In this document: positions 11,628-24,317 of the stretch, in pieces
Layout of the letters: every line of letters begins with the position of its first letter
Numbering within the stretch: position 1 is the first letter of the stretch
NCBI GenBank assembly: GCA_038087875.1
Contig: CM075998.1
Span: forward strand, 5,520,001 to 5,584,000
DNA: 64,000 nt
Direction of reading: 5' to 3'
Origin: Malacoraja senta
Lineage: Eukaryota
Made by a program: the position numbers and the translations under genes
Notes under the pieces: model-generated
What the model was told of the DNA's origin: nothing
Database searches by the model: none
The model's input: only the letters and a program-made list of their open reading frames with translations

Positions 11628-14600
11628 TGTAGGAGTAGAATTAGGCCATTCGGCCCATCAAGTCTACTCCACCATTCAATCATGGCTGATCTATCTTTTC
11701 CTCCCAACCCCATTCTCCTGCCTTCTCTCTGTAACCCCTGACACCCGTACTAATCAAGAATCTGTCAATCTCCGCCTTAAAAATACCCACTGACTTGTCC
11801 TCCACAGCCGTCTGTGCAAGAATTCCACAGATTCACCACCCTCTGACTGAAGAAATACCTCCCCATCTCCTTTCTAAAGGTACATCCATTTATTCTGAGG
11901 CTGTGCCCTCTGGTCCTAGACTCTCCCACTAGTGGAAACATCCGCTCCATATCCTATCTAGACAGTACAACAGCGATCTAGAAAATGAACCCACATTCTC
12001 TGAGCTGCTATCTAAGAGATTAAAATATCCCTAACAAATGATCGCCACACACAAATGATCACATTACTCATTATTCCTCCAACTCTCCAAATAAAGATTG
12101 TGCAGGAGAGGAGAAACCTACATTTAAAGAAATGGGTGCGTAAATAGCAAGTATTGTGACTTTGGCTGATGAGTTGTACAGACGTGGATTGCTTTATTTG
12201 AAGCATCAAAGGTTGAGGGGAGACCTGATCGAAGTATATAAGATTATGATAGGCATAAATAGGGTAGATCGTTAGGACTTGTTTCCCCAGGGTGGAGATG
12301 TCAAAGCCTACAGGGCATAGCTTGAAGGCGAGACAAAGTTTTATTTAAACACAGAGAGTGGTGGATGCTTAGAACACGTTGTCAAGGGTCGCGATGGAGG
12401 CAGAAACGATAGTAGCATTTAGGAGACGTTTACATGGGCACGTGGAGATGCAGAGAATGGAGGGACATGCATCATCTGTAGGCAAGTGAGATTAGTTTAG
12501 CTTGGCATCATGTTCGCCAGTTCGGCACAGACATTGTGGGCCAAAGGGCTATGCTGTGCTGCTCGTTCTATGTTCTATGTCTCAAACTTTAATGCTTTCA
12601 GTGAAAGGATTTCCCCAATGGCATAGAGGGTTAAATTAAAAAAGGATAGGGCGATATGTGTGGGAAGGAACTGCAGATGCTGGTTTAAACTGAAGATAGA
12701 CACAAAATGCTGGAGCAACTAAGAGAGTAATACAGGAGAAAGTAATGGTTAAAGAAACAATCACAGCTGTATGAAGGAATGATATGTCGGAGGGATCGTC
12801 AAGTGAAACTATATAATAGACAATAGACAATAGATAATAGGTGCAGGAGCAGGCCACTTGGCCCTTCGAGCCAGCACCGCCATTCATTGTCATCATGGCT
12901 GACCATCCCCAATCAGAAACCCCATTCCTGCCTTCTCCCCATATCCCCTGACTCCGCTATCTTTAAGAGCCCTAACTAGCTCTCTCTTGAAAGCATCCAG
13001 AGAACCTGCCTCCACCGCCCTCTGAGGCAGAGAATTCCACAGACACAGAATATGGGTTAAAGAACACAAGAGGTTGGAATGTATGACACACCTCTAGACA
13101 ATGTGAGGGTGATGGAAGGACATACATGCAAGCAAAGTTCAGATCAATGCAAAAGCCCCAGATAGTAATAATAAGAGAAAATAAAATGCTGGAATAACTC
13201 ATGAGATAGAGGGAGTAAAAGAAGAAATGTTAAGGGGTTTAGCATCTTGAATCGTCAGGCCAGGATGAAATATATCCTGGGCTGTTAAGAGCAGCAAGGT
13301 ACGAAATTTTAACAACATTGACTATACATTTTTTTTCAATTCTCCTTGGACTTGGAGGACTGCTCACATTGTTTAAAAAGAGAGTAAGTGATAAATAACA
13401 AGACAGTGAATATAAATTCAGTGGTGGGTACATTTACCTGAATCTTTTCAAAGTGATCATGTGAACCATTTAGAAAGACATGGATAAATCAGGGACAGTC
13501 AAGATGGAATTGTTATAGGAAGCTCACATCTGATTAACAATTGACTTTTTTGTTGTTGAGGAGGTAATACAGAAGGATTGATGAGGGCAGTCCATGGAGT
13601 TACATAGCCGGCTGCTCAAAAGGTCAAAGCCTGTGGGATCCAGAAGCAAGTGACAAACTGGATCCAAGATCGGCTCAGTGGTGGGAAGCCAAGGATAGTG
13701 GTTGATGTGTGTAGGAAGGAAGTGCAGATGCTGGTTTACACCGACGATAGACACAAAGTGCTGGAGTAACTCAGCGGGGCAGGCGGCATCTCTGGAGAGA
13801 AGGAATGGGTGACGTTTCGGGTCGACACCCTTCTTCAGACTGAGAGTCAGGGGAGAGGGAGGCGCAGAAATAAGGAAGGGTAAGGTGTGAAAACGAGACA
13901 TCAAAGGAGATGCGGTTCAAAGAACATGTAGAATAGATCATTGATGGGTGTTATGTGAGTGGAGAGTGTTGGCAAATGGAATCTAATCCCAGAGAAGTAT
14001 GTGGTCGTGCATTTGGAGAGGTGCAACTAGCAACGGAATATGCACTATATGGGAGGATATTGAGAGGTGATGAAGAAGAAATGGACCTTGAAATGCATGT
14101 CCACAGATCATTGATGATAGCAAGATAAGGTAATCAATTGGTAAGAAAGGCCGAGGGGGTGTTTTCGTTTACTAGCTGAGGCACAGAGTACAAGAGCAGA
14201 GAGGTTATGCACAAGCTAATTAGAACAAGACTAATTAGATCACAGCTGGAGCGCCCTGTACAGCTCTGGTCATATTGCAGAAAGGCGTGATTGCACTGGA
14301 GAGGGTGCAGAGGGGATTTACAAGGATGTTGCCGAGCCTGGAATTTTGCAGCGATGAGGAGAGATTGGACTGGTGGGGGGAGAGGTTTGCTTGTAATCAA
14401 AGTCGAAGGGAGACTTAATTGGGGCATACAATTACAGGGGCCTAGAATAAAAAGGAATGACCTACTTCCCTTAGCAGAGAGGTCAGAAACCAGAAACCAA
14501 ACTGAGAGGGAGTGCGGATCTGGAACTCACTGCTCGAGAGTGCGGGAGAAGTGAAGACCATCTCCTTAATTAAAGTAAACATAGAAACATAGACAATAGG

Positions 14601-14795
14601 TGGAGGAGTAGGCCATTAAATATGATCATGGCTGATCATCCACAATCAGTACCCTGTTCCTGCTTTCTCCCCATATCCCTTGATTCCGTTAGCCCGAAGA
14701 GCTAAATCTAACTCTCTCTTAAAAACATCCAGTGAATTGGCCTCCACTGCCTTCTGTGGCAGAGTATTCCACAGATTCACAGCTCTCTGGGTGAA
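11628..14795. mobile_element. Cluster of CR1 fragments of several ages (11628-11960 -, 12210-12580 +, 12818-13040 -, 13440-14560 +, 14578-14795 -) with pLTR pieces
   Basis: Nucleotide similarity to the other CR1 3' ends in the window, plus degenerate RT motifs. Confidence 0.7.
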
Positions 14796-15026
14796 CTGCT
14801 AATCAAGTACTAAATGCATACTTGAAGAGACGTGACCAGCGGCCCAAGACTTCACTGCTGGAGGTAGGATTTGGGATTGGGCTGGGCTGCACTTTCTTGA
14901 CAGGCACAATGGATTGAATGGCCTGCTTCTATGCGGAAAATGCTCTACGACTTTACGAAAGGTAGTAACAGACCACTTTGGGCATCAGTGCACAGTATAT
15001 TCAGACAATACGTCCAAAGCCCTTAC

Positions 15027-15213
15027 CTTCAAAGAACCTTTTAAGTCGGAGGCAGCTGACGCTGAGACGCAGCACGGACAGTTTGTCCATCCTCCCAGCG
15101 ACATCCTCAGTGGTTGGAAGCAGGCTCAGCAGATTGTCAAACTCCACGTTAAGACGGTCGCGGTGCCTTTTTGAAGGTTGGACTTGGTGGAATTCCCAAT
15201 TCCCTGCTCGACG
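15027..15213 (-). CDS. AHR: AHR-family gene, exon 2 (bHLH domain), with apparent 1-bp deletion
   Basis: Acceptor ...ttgtccaacccag|C and donor GAA G|GTAAGG. Reads [12 protein letters not shown] in one frame, then [50 protein letters not shown] in the next. This matches the AHR bHLH ([13 protein letters not shown]...[15 protein letters not shown]). Paralog (AHR1/2/3 or AHRR) cannot be fixed by eye. Confidence 0.9.
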
Positions 15214-15360
15214 CTGGGTTGGACAAGAATGCAAACACAGGAAGATAATTCAGGACAGTCTCATTAACACCACAAACAAAAGTGACCGGTTCGGAGGCAA
15301 CCAGATTAAATTGGTATCTTGCTCAACAAACCCAGTGTGCTCCTAGCAAGCAGTCATAAC

Positions 15361-16082
15361 AATAGACAATAGACAATAGGTGCAGGAGTAGGCCATTCGG
15401 CTCCTTCGAGCCAGCACCGCCATTCACTGTGATCATGGCTGATCATCCCCAATCAGTACCCCGTTCCTGCCTTCTCCCCATATCCCCTGACTCCACTATT
15501 TTTAAGAGCCAGATCTAGCTCTCTCTTGAAAGCATCCAGAGAACCCGCCTCCACCGCCCTCTGAGGCAGAAAATTCCACAGACTCACCACTCTCTGTGAG
15601 AAAAAGTGTTTCCTCGTCTCCGTTCTAAATGGCTTACTCCTTATTCTTAAACTGTGGCCCCTGGTTCTGGACTCCCCCAACATCAGGAACATGTTTCCTG
15701 CCTCTAGTGTGTCCAAACCCTTAACAATCTTATATGTTTCAATGAGATTTCCTCTCATCCTTCTAAACTCCAGAGTGTACAAGCCCAGGTGCTCCATTCT
15801 CTCACAATATGACAGTCCCGCCATCCCGGGAATTAACCTTGTAACCTACGCTGCACTCCCTCAATAGCAAGAATGTCCTTCCTCAAATTAGGGGATCAAA
15901 ACTGCACACAATACTCCAGGTGTGGTCTCACTAGGGCTCTGTACAACTGCAGAAGGACCTCTTTGCTCCTATATTCGATTCCTCTTGTTATAAATGCCAA
16001 CAAGGCTTTCTTCACTGCCTGCTGTACCTGCAATGCTTACTTTCATAGACTGATGCACAAGGACCCCAGATCCCGTTGTACT
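15361..16082 (-). mobile_element. CR1 LINE 3' fragment
   Basis: ORF 15453-15824 is CR1 ORF2 C-terminus. Confidence 0.88.
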
Positions 16083-16396
16083 TGGTACATGGATACCTGT
16101 CCCTACATAGGGATGTGGGCCAAATGCGGGCAGGTGGGATTAGCATAGATGGGGAATCTTGGTCGGCATAAGCAAGTTGGGCCAAAGGCCTTTTTCTGTG
16201 CAGTATGACTCTGAATCGGGATAAAGAGCTGAGAGAGAAAGAAACAGATGGATCCAGGAAAGTGGCGTGATGAAGAGGAAGAGGATTTGTGGAGCAGATA
16301 TATTGGCACAGTGATGGTATAGCAATGGCTGCTGTATCGTAAATTCTTTACAATACTTCACAGCTTGACTTCAGTTGGCATTAAGAAAACTCTGAT

Positions 16397-16712
16397 TTTA
16401 GTTTTAGTTTAGAGATACAGCACGGAAACAGGCCCTTCGGCCCACCGGGTCTGCCCCGACCAGCGATCCCCGCACATTAACGCTATCCTACACCCACTAG
16501 GGACAGTTTTTACATTTACAAAGCCAATTAACCTACAAACCTGCACGTCTTTGGAATGTGGGAGGAAACCGGAGCACCCGGAGAAAACCCACGCAGGTCA
16601 CGGGGAGAACGTACAAACTCCATACAGACAGCACCCGTAGTCGGGATCGAACCTGGGTCTCTGGCGCTGCATTCGCTGTAAGGCAGCAACTCTACCGCTG
16701 CGCCACCGTGAC
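16397..16712 (-). mobile_element. V-SINE/HE1-like tRNA-derived SINE
   Basis: CACGGTGGCGCAGCGGTAGAG (A box) and GGTTCGATCCC (B box), with V-domain GGAGTTTGTACGTTCTCCCCGTG. Other copies at ~7583-7688(-), 26030-26237(-), 30130-30360(+), 34617-34910(-), 34930-35150(+), 44866-45140(+), 48008-48320(+) and 54200-54410(+). Confidence 0.85.
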
Positions 16713-16882
16713 TGCCCACTGATCTTAGCAGTGATCTCAAGCACCTCCTTGAACATCCCATCAGATTCACTTTGACAATCATGATGGTTTGACCACACTG
16801 GACTTGTTCATGGACCCAGTACCGCACAAATTATCTTGATCCAAAGCATATTTGAATATGTTTATACATATTTCCCCATATC

Positions 16883-17170
16883 ATAGAAACATAGAAAAAT
16901 AGGTGCAGGAGTAGGCCATTCGGCCCTTCGAGCCAGCACCGCCATTCAATATGATCATGGCTGATCATCTAAATCAGTTCCTTGTTCCAGCTTTCTCCGC
17001 ATATCCCTTGATTCCTTTAGCCCAAAGAACTAAATCTTACTCTCTCTTGAAAACATCCAGTGAATTGGCCTCCACTGCCTTCTATAGCAGAGAATTCCAC
17101 AGATTCACAACTCTCTGGTTGAAAACGTTTTTCCCCATCTCAGTCCTAAATGGCCTACCCCTTATTCCTT
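16883..17170 (-). mobile_element. CR1 3' fragment
   Basis: FNQRVVNLWNSL and the CR1 3'UTR. Confidence 0.8.
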
Positions 17171-19240
17171 TCCCTTTAATACGTAAACTCCCATGAGGAA
17201 CTGGGCAACATTCCAGGAATCCTATAGTTGTATAAAGGTAGTTTAACGTACATTTGTGCTTTGACCACTTCACATTCAGTAATGTAGGTGGGACAGGCTA
17301 TTCCTTGATCTTAAAATGTTCAATTTAGTTATTTTCATCTTATAGTCTTATGGACGTTATCTTCGATTTACAAATTTACCAAAATATCCATAATGGATTT
17401 TACCCAGCCTTTCTGTCTTAACAAATTTTACTTGACAAATACCTCAAGGAGGTATAGCGGGAGCGGAGGAAAATGGAACTGCGCTGGAAGATCTTGGTGA
17501 ACAGTGGAGCAGCCTCGAAGGTTCAAGTGGCTGACATTTATACTATTCTTGCGTTCGCATGTCATTCTATTGGGTAAAACATTCCCCTCTGCCTTTCCCC
17601 CATCCCCCATTACTCCAAACCAGTTCACAAAGGCAACTTCTCCAGCGTTCACCAAAACTAGATGCCACGTGGTTGAAAGTACAAGCTGGGTTCCGGCCTG
17701 TCGAGTCAGGCACAATTAAACGTGCGTATTTAAAAAATCAATCTGATCTATATTTATAACAGACTTCAAGTACCAGCAAAGCAGCAACATGTTGGCAGCA
17801 GTAAAAGGTCCGACTGCAACATTCCTGTTGTGGGACGGTGCTCCTGATGGATTACAGCAATTCTGGGAATGATGCCAACCAAGGTTCTGCTCTTCTGCAG
17901 AAGTCTCTCTGCAAGTCTCTGTCCAAGTATAGACCTTTGACCCGTTACAGCTTGTCACATCACTGCTCAATGATAGCTGGTGTCCCTTTTTCACATGAAC
18001 TGACCTGTCTTTGCCTGAATGCATGGCTACCCTTGTTGGTGAATGGCTTTGCCAACCGCCACTGACAAGCATCTGCAGCTTATTCCTTCCCTTTTATGGA
18101 AGCCATGCAATTCCAAGAGCCTTCCCACCTCCGCATCCCTCCACCTACAAGGGTTTGGGATTTATTCGACACAAATGTCATCCCAAATACCACAGCCACT
18201 CCGAGTCATAGAATCATAGAGCTATACAGCACGGAAACAGGCTCTTCAGACCACCGTGTCCATGCTGACCAAGTTAGCATTCTGGCTTCGCCATAGTTGC
18301 CTGTATTAGGCGATATCTCTCTAAACGCTTCCTATCCATATATCTGTCCTTTTTCAAAATACTATGGTCAAAATTACATTAAACATGGAGTTACTACAGA
18401 GAACAAAGTTTAGCAATATTATACTAACAGGCCACCTTGGAGAATCAATCAAACCTGGTGCATTATTTCTGACGGGCCTTTCAGCCCACAGCCAGCCCCA
18501 CCAGTCAGTCTGACCTGCGAGTACACCTTTACCTTCCTGCACCACCCCCACACCCGCTAATTCTCCGGGAATACATCCATCTCATTTTTCCAATAGGTTC
18601 ATTCACTGAGCTACACTGCCACCGTTTCAAAATAAGAGGTTGGCTAATTCAGATTGAGAAGAAGAAATACCCAATCCCAATAAGAGAGTTCGGTATTACA
18701 ACTGCGCATGCCCAGGTCATGGGTCATTCGGGATAAACACTCTCGCCAGCTGTGTACGGACCTGCGCATTCATTTCAATGAGATTTATAAATAAATGCAT
18801 CCATCAAATATGTCAGCAGTTGGCCACAGCGGGTTGCACAAATCCACAATTGTATCTATTTAAATTATTGACAATACAGCACCAGCCTTGAAAACGCAAG
18901 AATGCCTGGAATGAACCTGTCAATTATCAAATCCCTGGCATTAGCCTGAGTCACAGCCATTCAAATTCAATGTTGATTTACACGAATTACAAGTTGTGTG
19001 GTCAACCAATTTGAGACAGTCCTTACTTTCCTATCTAAACAACCTTCCTGGGTTGAAGGAAATGAGGGGAATGTGCTGTGTGGGGGGGTTGGAAAGTTCA
19101 GATTGGATTCGAACAGGCTGGCTAAACTTTCGAGGTGGGTTGGCTTAAATAATGATGCTGTCGCTTTAACCTCTGGGGTTGGTTCCAGTCTGTCAGGGCA
19201 CACAGTTGATAGAATTCTAGATTAATTCCTTGGTAGAATA

Positions 19241-19500
19241 TAGGGCTGCCAACATTGGGTGAGAGTTGAGAATGAGAAATTGCGAGGGAGCGTAGCAACC
19301 GAGGGGTGGAGGGTGTGGGAAGGGGGTAGGGAGCTTTTGCATTTTTCAGCTTGAAATTGTGCAATCTGGTGCATACTGTAGCGAGTCTTTTAACTTACAC
19401 TTGAATGCAACATTTATGCTTCAAATTGGATTAGGTATGAATAAGGTTAGGCTAAATTACATTCCTAATTACATTTCACAGTAGAGCCAGGCTCTGATCA
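19241..19500 (+). mobile_element. hAT-like DNA transposon, left end
   Basis: TAGGGCTGCCAAC terminus. 19331-19500 is near-identical to 25480-25650. Confidence 0.55.
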
Positions 19501-20984
19501 ACCCTTTCTACAGTGTGTCATAGTCTTACAGCATGGAAACAGGCCCTTCATCACAACTTGTCCATGCAGATCAAGATGCCCCATCTAAACTAGTCCCATT
19601 TATCCACATTTGGCCCATATCCCTTTAAACCTTGTGTGTGCCAGTGTGTGTGTACGGGTGTGTGTCAGTGTGTGTTAGGTTGTGTGTGGGAGTGTGTGTC
19701 AGTGAAGCGGCGACAACACCCAGAGTGAGCGGAGACTTGGCGATGTCCGGGGAGCATTTCCCTCTCTCCCCCCCTCCCCGGGAATGCGGGCCGGCCCAGG
19801 TGCTCTGTGTCCAGCTGGGGTCCGGGGGAGGTGAGGGTCAGTGACCCGGGGGTCCAGGGGAGGTGAGGGACAGTGACCCGGGGGTCCAGGGGAGGTGAGG
19901 GTCAGTGACCCGGGGGTCGGGCATCGGAGCAGAGCCTTAGCCCGAGATTCATCCCCGCATCCGGAGGCGGCACCGACGCCCCCACTCACGGTCCGCTCCT
20001 GGCTCCGGCCCGGGGTTAAAGCTCCATGGGGTGTGGACAGAGCGGCCACCGGACACAGAGCCGCCGGAGGTGAGGGTGGGAGGTGTGAGCAGTGCCTCAG
20101 GGGTCGGTGCTGGGACCACCGGCGTGTCTCACCTATCACACCATCTGCACGGGTATGTGAATGCGGGTGAGGCAGCATCTATAGAGCGGTAGACAAAAAT
20201 GCTGGAAAAATGCTAGAGTCTGAAGAAGGTTCAAAGTCAGACACAGATGCTGCCCCACCCGCTGAGTTTCTCCAGCATTTTTGTCTACATTGCCATTTTA
20301 TACACAGTTTAAACAGCGCTGCGTTCGCTTAAAAAAAAATTCCGAATGACCTTTGACAAATCCCATGATTCCTTGCGTTTATCGAGATATCAAACTCGCT
20401 TATTGATTTCAGTCTTCCCAAACATGCTCCCAACACTTACAGTCAACTTCTTTGGCATTTTATGCATTTTGTGGCCATCTCCTCTTATTCCCAGGAATCA
20501 GTTTAATGAACCAAGTATGTATTTGGCAAAGAGACCAATAGGAATTGTGCCCAGTCTCCCATTATTTCTTAAAAGTACTTTTATATTTATTTCCACCATG
20601 ACCCCAAATCTGCCACTGTCTTGCCCCCTCACATAACCCATCCCTTGCAGCATCCTTAAATCCTCATCGAGTTTACTTTCCCACCAGCTTTGCAATGTCA
20701 CCAACTCGGATACATCACAATCTAACTATTTATCTGTGTGATTGATGTAGGCTGTAAATAGCACCGATCCCCAAGGCATTTAGCTAGTTACAGCGCGCCA
20801 TTCTGACAATGACCCATTTATTCCTATTCTTTATTTCCTGAAATCTGAGCAACCTATGCCAATTTAACCCCAGTCCCATCAGCCCTAATTTTAATCTTTT
20901 TATGAAGGGCATTATCAAACACTTCTAATTGAGTGCCTTTAACCTCCTACATCCCAGTCTCCAACACTGACCAAATTCTAAATT

Positions 20985-21349
20985 GGGGAAGGCAATAGGG
21001 TGGGTCTGTGCGCTAGAGACACTCAGCAGCTTGAGAGCCCACTGTGATTGGTGCACTGTGAGTGGCATTGTGACATCATCAGTGGAAAGTCCTGGAAAAA
21101 GCTGTGTGTGAGAACCGTTTTTTGCTTTTTTTAAAAACTTGAATCGTCAATAAACTTGTGAAATATAGGATGAAATCTTAAGTGAACCTGATTACTGCAT
21201 GGAGGGGGAAAATGTGAGTCAGAATATGTAAAAATGTGAGCGCTACCGTGTAGCGTTTTGGCGAAGATACAAAAACACATACACACATACGGATGCACAC
21301 AACGCACACATATGCATACATACAAATGAGACTGTTAATAGTATATAGA
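20985..21349 (-). mobile_element. Diverged Helitron-related fragment (5' end)
   Basis: Minus strand begins A|TCTATATACTATTAAC. The internal GCCAAAACGCTACACGGTAGCGCT resembles GCAAAAACGGTACGCGATAGCACT of copy 1. The 3' terminus is not clearly identifiable. Confidence 0.55.
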
Positions 21350-22172
21350 TACAATCATGAGGGGTGTTGATAATGTGAGCAGTCACAGTTTTTACCCAGA
21401 CTAGAAAGTTTAAAACTAAAGTAATAGATTTATCAACGAGAGGGAAAGATTTAAAGGGACCCGAGGAGCAACTTTTTCCAAGTTGCCGTTGTTTAAAAGA
21501 CATTTGGACAGGTACATGAATAGAAACGTTTAGAGGGTATGGGTAGGGCGTGGGCAATGGGTCTAGCTCAGCATCAGCGAGTTGGGCCAAAGAGCTTGCT
21601 TCCGGAAGTTCTTTATAACTTTATGTCTCTAAAGGCGTTATCTAACAAATTAAACTGCAATTCTATTAGAAGGAACTGAGGAACTTATCAAAGGTAATAA
21701 ACAATGTTTGTTCTGGATATATCCCAAAAAGAAGTAGAGAAAGCAATGCTTGCATCGGTGTGGACACGAGGGTTGAATGGCCTAATTCTACATTTTGTGG
21801 TTCTATATTACATCCAATCACATTGGAGTGTCTCAGGAATTATTTTCTGCTCCCGATTCAGCACCGGAAAATCGCACAAGAGGCAAGATGGCAATTGAAT
21901 GAAGAATCTGTTCTCGGTGGCTGTGGGAGGGGGGATGTAAACGTTGATCTGAAGCATAGTGCTCACACATCATGGCGTGACCCACATAACCCACAGCCCA
22001 ACCCCACCAAAAACCCAGTGCTCCAAAATGAACCAAGCTGACATCCCAAACCAAAACACAGAGAACTGAGGCAATTTCACAACTTTGAATTTCCAGTCAA
22101 ATCTGAGCATTCCCTCTCATTTACCAGTCAGTGCTATGCAAGAAAGTGCAATTGCACATTGCGTGATTAAGT

Positions 22173-22423
22173 GTTAAAGAAGGAACTGCAGATGCTGGAA
22201 AATCGAAGGTACACAAAAGTGCTGGAGAAACTCAGCGGGTGCAGCAGCATCTATGGAGCGAAGGAAATAGGCAACGTTTCGGACGAAACCCAGAGGAAAT
22301 AGGCAACGTTTCGGGCCGAAACCCGGAAGGAAATAGGCAACGTTTCGGCCCGAACGTTGCCTATTTCCTTCGCTCCATAGATGCTGCTGCACCCGCTCAG
22401 TTTCTCCAGCATTTTTGTGTACC
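22173..22423. mobile_element. Penelope-like pLTR fragments arranged as an inverted pair
   Basis: Two inverted copies of the ...GAAACGTTGCCTATTTCCTTCGCTCCATAGATGCTGC... repeat. Confidence 0.7.
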
Positions 22424-23084
22424 TTGCATGATTAAGTTCAAGGTACTTCTTCCAGTTTGAAATAAGTCTATACTTGTCCCGACATATCTTCCACCGCCTG
22501 CCAAACTTCAAGCATCCTGTTTTTAATACACATCTCTGACTTTTCCAAGACACTTCCTCTCTTGTCCCTATCTTTGGTTCTCACCCCTAACCACAAATAG
22601 CTCCTGGCAAGAAGGGATCAGAGGGATAGGGTTCACGTGCAGGCAGATAGGCTCAGTTTAATTTGGCATCACAAACACAGTGAGCTAAAGGGCTTGTTCC
22701 CAAAAAGAAGTCGAGAAAGTTAATTGTTCTAGATTTCTATGTTCTTATAATAGCTAGAGAAGACCATTCAGCCCTTCTTCATGTCTGCTCCACCATTCAA
22801 AAAGATCATGGCTCATCTTCCTGCATTAATCCCATGTTCTTTGGTTTCCTTACTATCTAAAAATGTATCAATTCAGTGACTGAGACTCCACAGTACTCTT
22901 GGGTGGAGAATTTCAGACATTTATTACACTCTAGCTGAAGAAATATCTTTGCGTCTCTTCCTCAATAGACAGCCCCTTTATTTTGGACACTGTGACGCCA
23001 GGTTCCCAACGCCACAGGCATCATCTCCTCATCAAGCTCACTTCAGTGAGATCAGATTTCTTTGTTCTCAGCTAAGATCCAAAG

Positions 23085-24045
23085 ATAGACAAAAAATGCT
23101 GGAGTAACTCAGCGGGTCAGGCAGCATCTGTGGAGAACATGGATAGGTGACGTTTCACAGAGTGCTGGAGTAACTCAGCGGGTCAGGCAGCATCTGTGGA
23201 GAACATGGATAGGTGACGTTTTACAGAGTGCTGGAGTAACTCAGCGGGTCAGGCAGCATCTGTGGAGAACATGGATAGGTGACGTTTCACAAAATGCTGG
23301 AGTAACTCAGCGGGTCAGGCAGCATTTCTGGAGAACATGGATAAGTGACGTTTCAGGTTGGGACTCTTCTTCAGACTGATTGTAGGGGTGGGTGGGAGAA
23401 AGAACTGGAAGGAAGAAAAGACCAAGACAAAATGTGTAGGAAGGAACTGCAGGTGCTGGTTTATACTGAAGGTAGACACAAAATGCTGGAGTAACTCAGG
23501 CAGCATCTCTGGAGACGAATGGGTGACGTTTTCGGGTCGAGACCCTTCTTCAGACTGAGACAAACCAGGCTGGCAACAGATGACCTCAGACAAGGAGTTC
23601 CTTGATAAGCCAATTGTTGGCTCGAGACGGTGTGATCCTAAGATGGATACATCGTGTGAACTGTGGAACTGGTTAGCCGACTTTTAATTGGGGGGGGGGG
23701 GAGGATAACAAGGAGAGTGGGGAGGGAAGTGTACAGCAGAAGTTACTTAAAATTAAAGAATTCAAGGTTCATACCGCTGGGGTGTAAACTACCCAAGTGA
23801 AATATGAGGTGCTGCTCCTCCATTTGCGCTGGGCCTCACTCTGACAACAGAGGAGGCCCAGGACAGAAAGGTCGGTGTGGGAATAAGAGGGGAGTTATAA
23901 TGGCTGGCAACCAGGAAATCCAGCAGGCCTCGAGTGTTCAGCGAAATGGTCACCAAGTCTACTGTATCCGATGTTCCCAATGTGGGCTCCTTTGTCTCGC
24001 TGATATACAGGAGCCCACATTGGGAACATCGGATACAGTAGACGG
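23085..24045 (-). mobile_element. Penelope-like element remnant (GIY-YIG C-terminus plus pLTR, 66-bp tandem units)
   Basis: VYCIRCSQCGLLYISET (GIY-YIG-like). Four 66-bp tandem units start at 23097, 23163, 23229 and 23295. Confidence 0.7.
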
Positions 24046-24317
24046 ATGGACTAGGACTGTCTGCGTGCCTGGATGGAGTCAAGGGAGGAGTTACATCTCC
24101 TGCTGCGGTGGCTGGGGAAAGTGCCTGGGGAAAGGGTGGTTTGGGTCCTGTGGTGATTTTCCCCTTCTCTGTCCTTTCAGTAGCTCTTGGCATGAAGTAT
24201 TATCACCACAACAAATCCCCTTCCACTCTAAAGTAGCATGCTGTTAGCGTGCTTTTAAACTGTTTCAACTCCCCCTGCTGACCCTCTTACTTTACCCCCC
24301 CCCCCCCTAAACCTCAA

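Noticed and set aside
23097..23360. CRISPR-like regular repeats
   Set aside because: Pure tandem units with no unique spacers and no cas genes, in a eukaryotic context.
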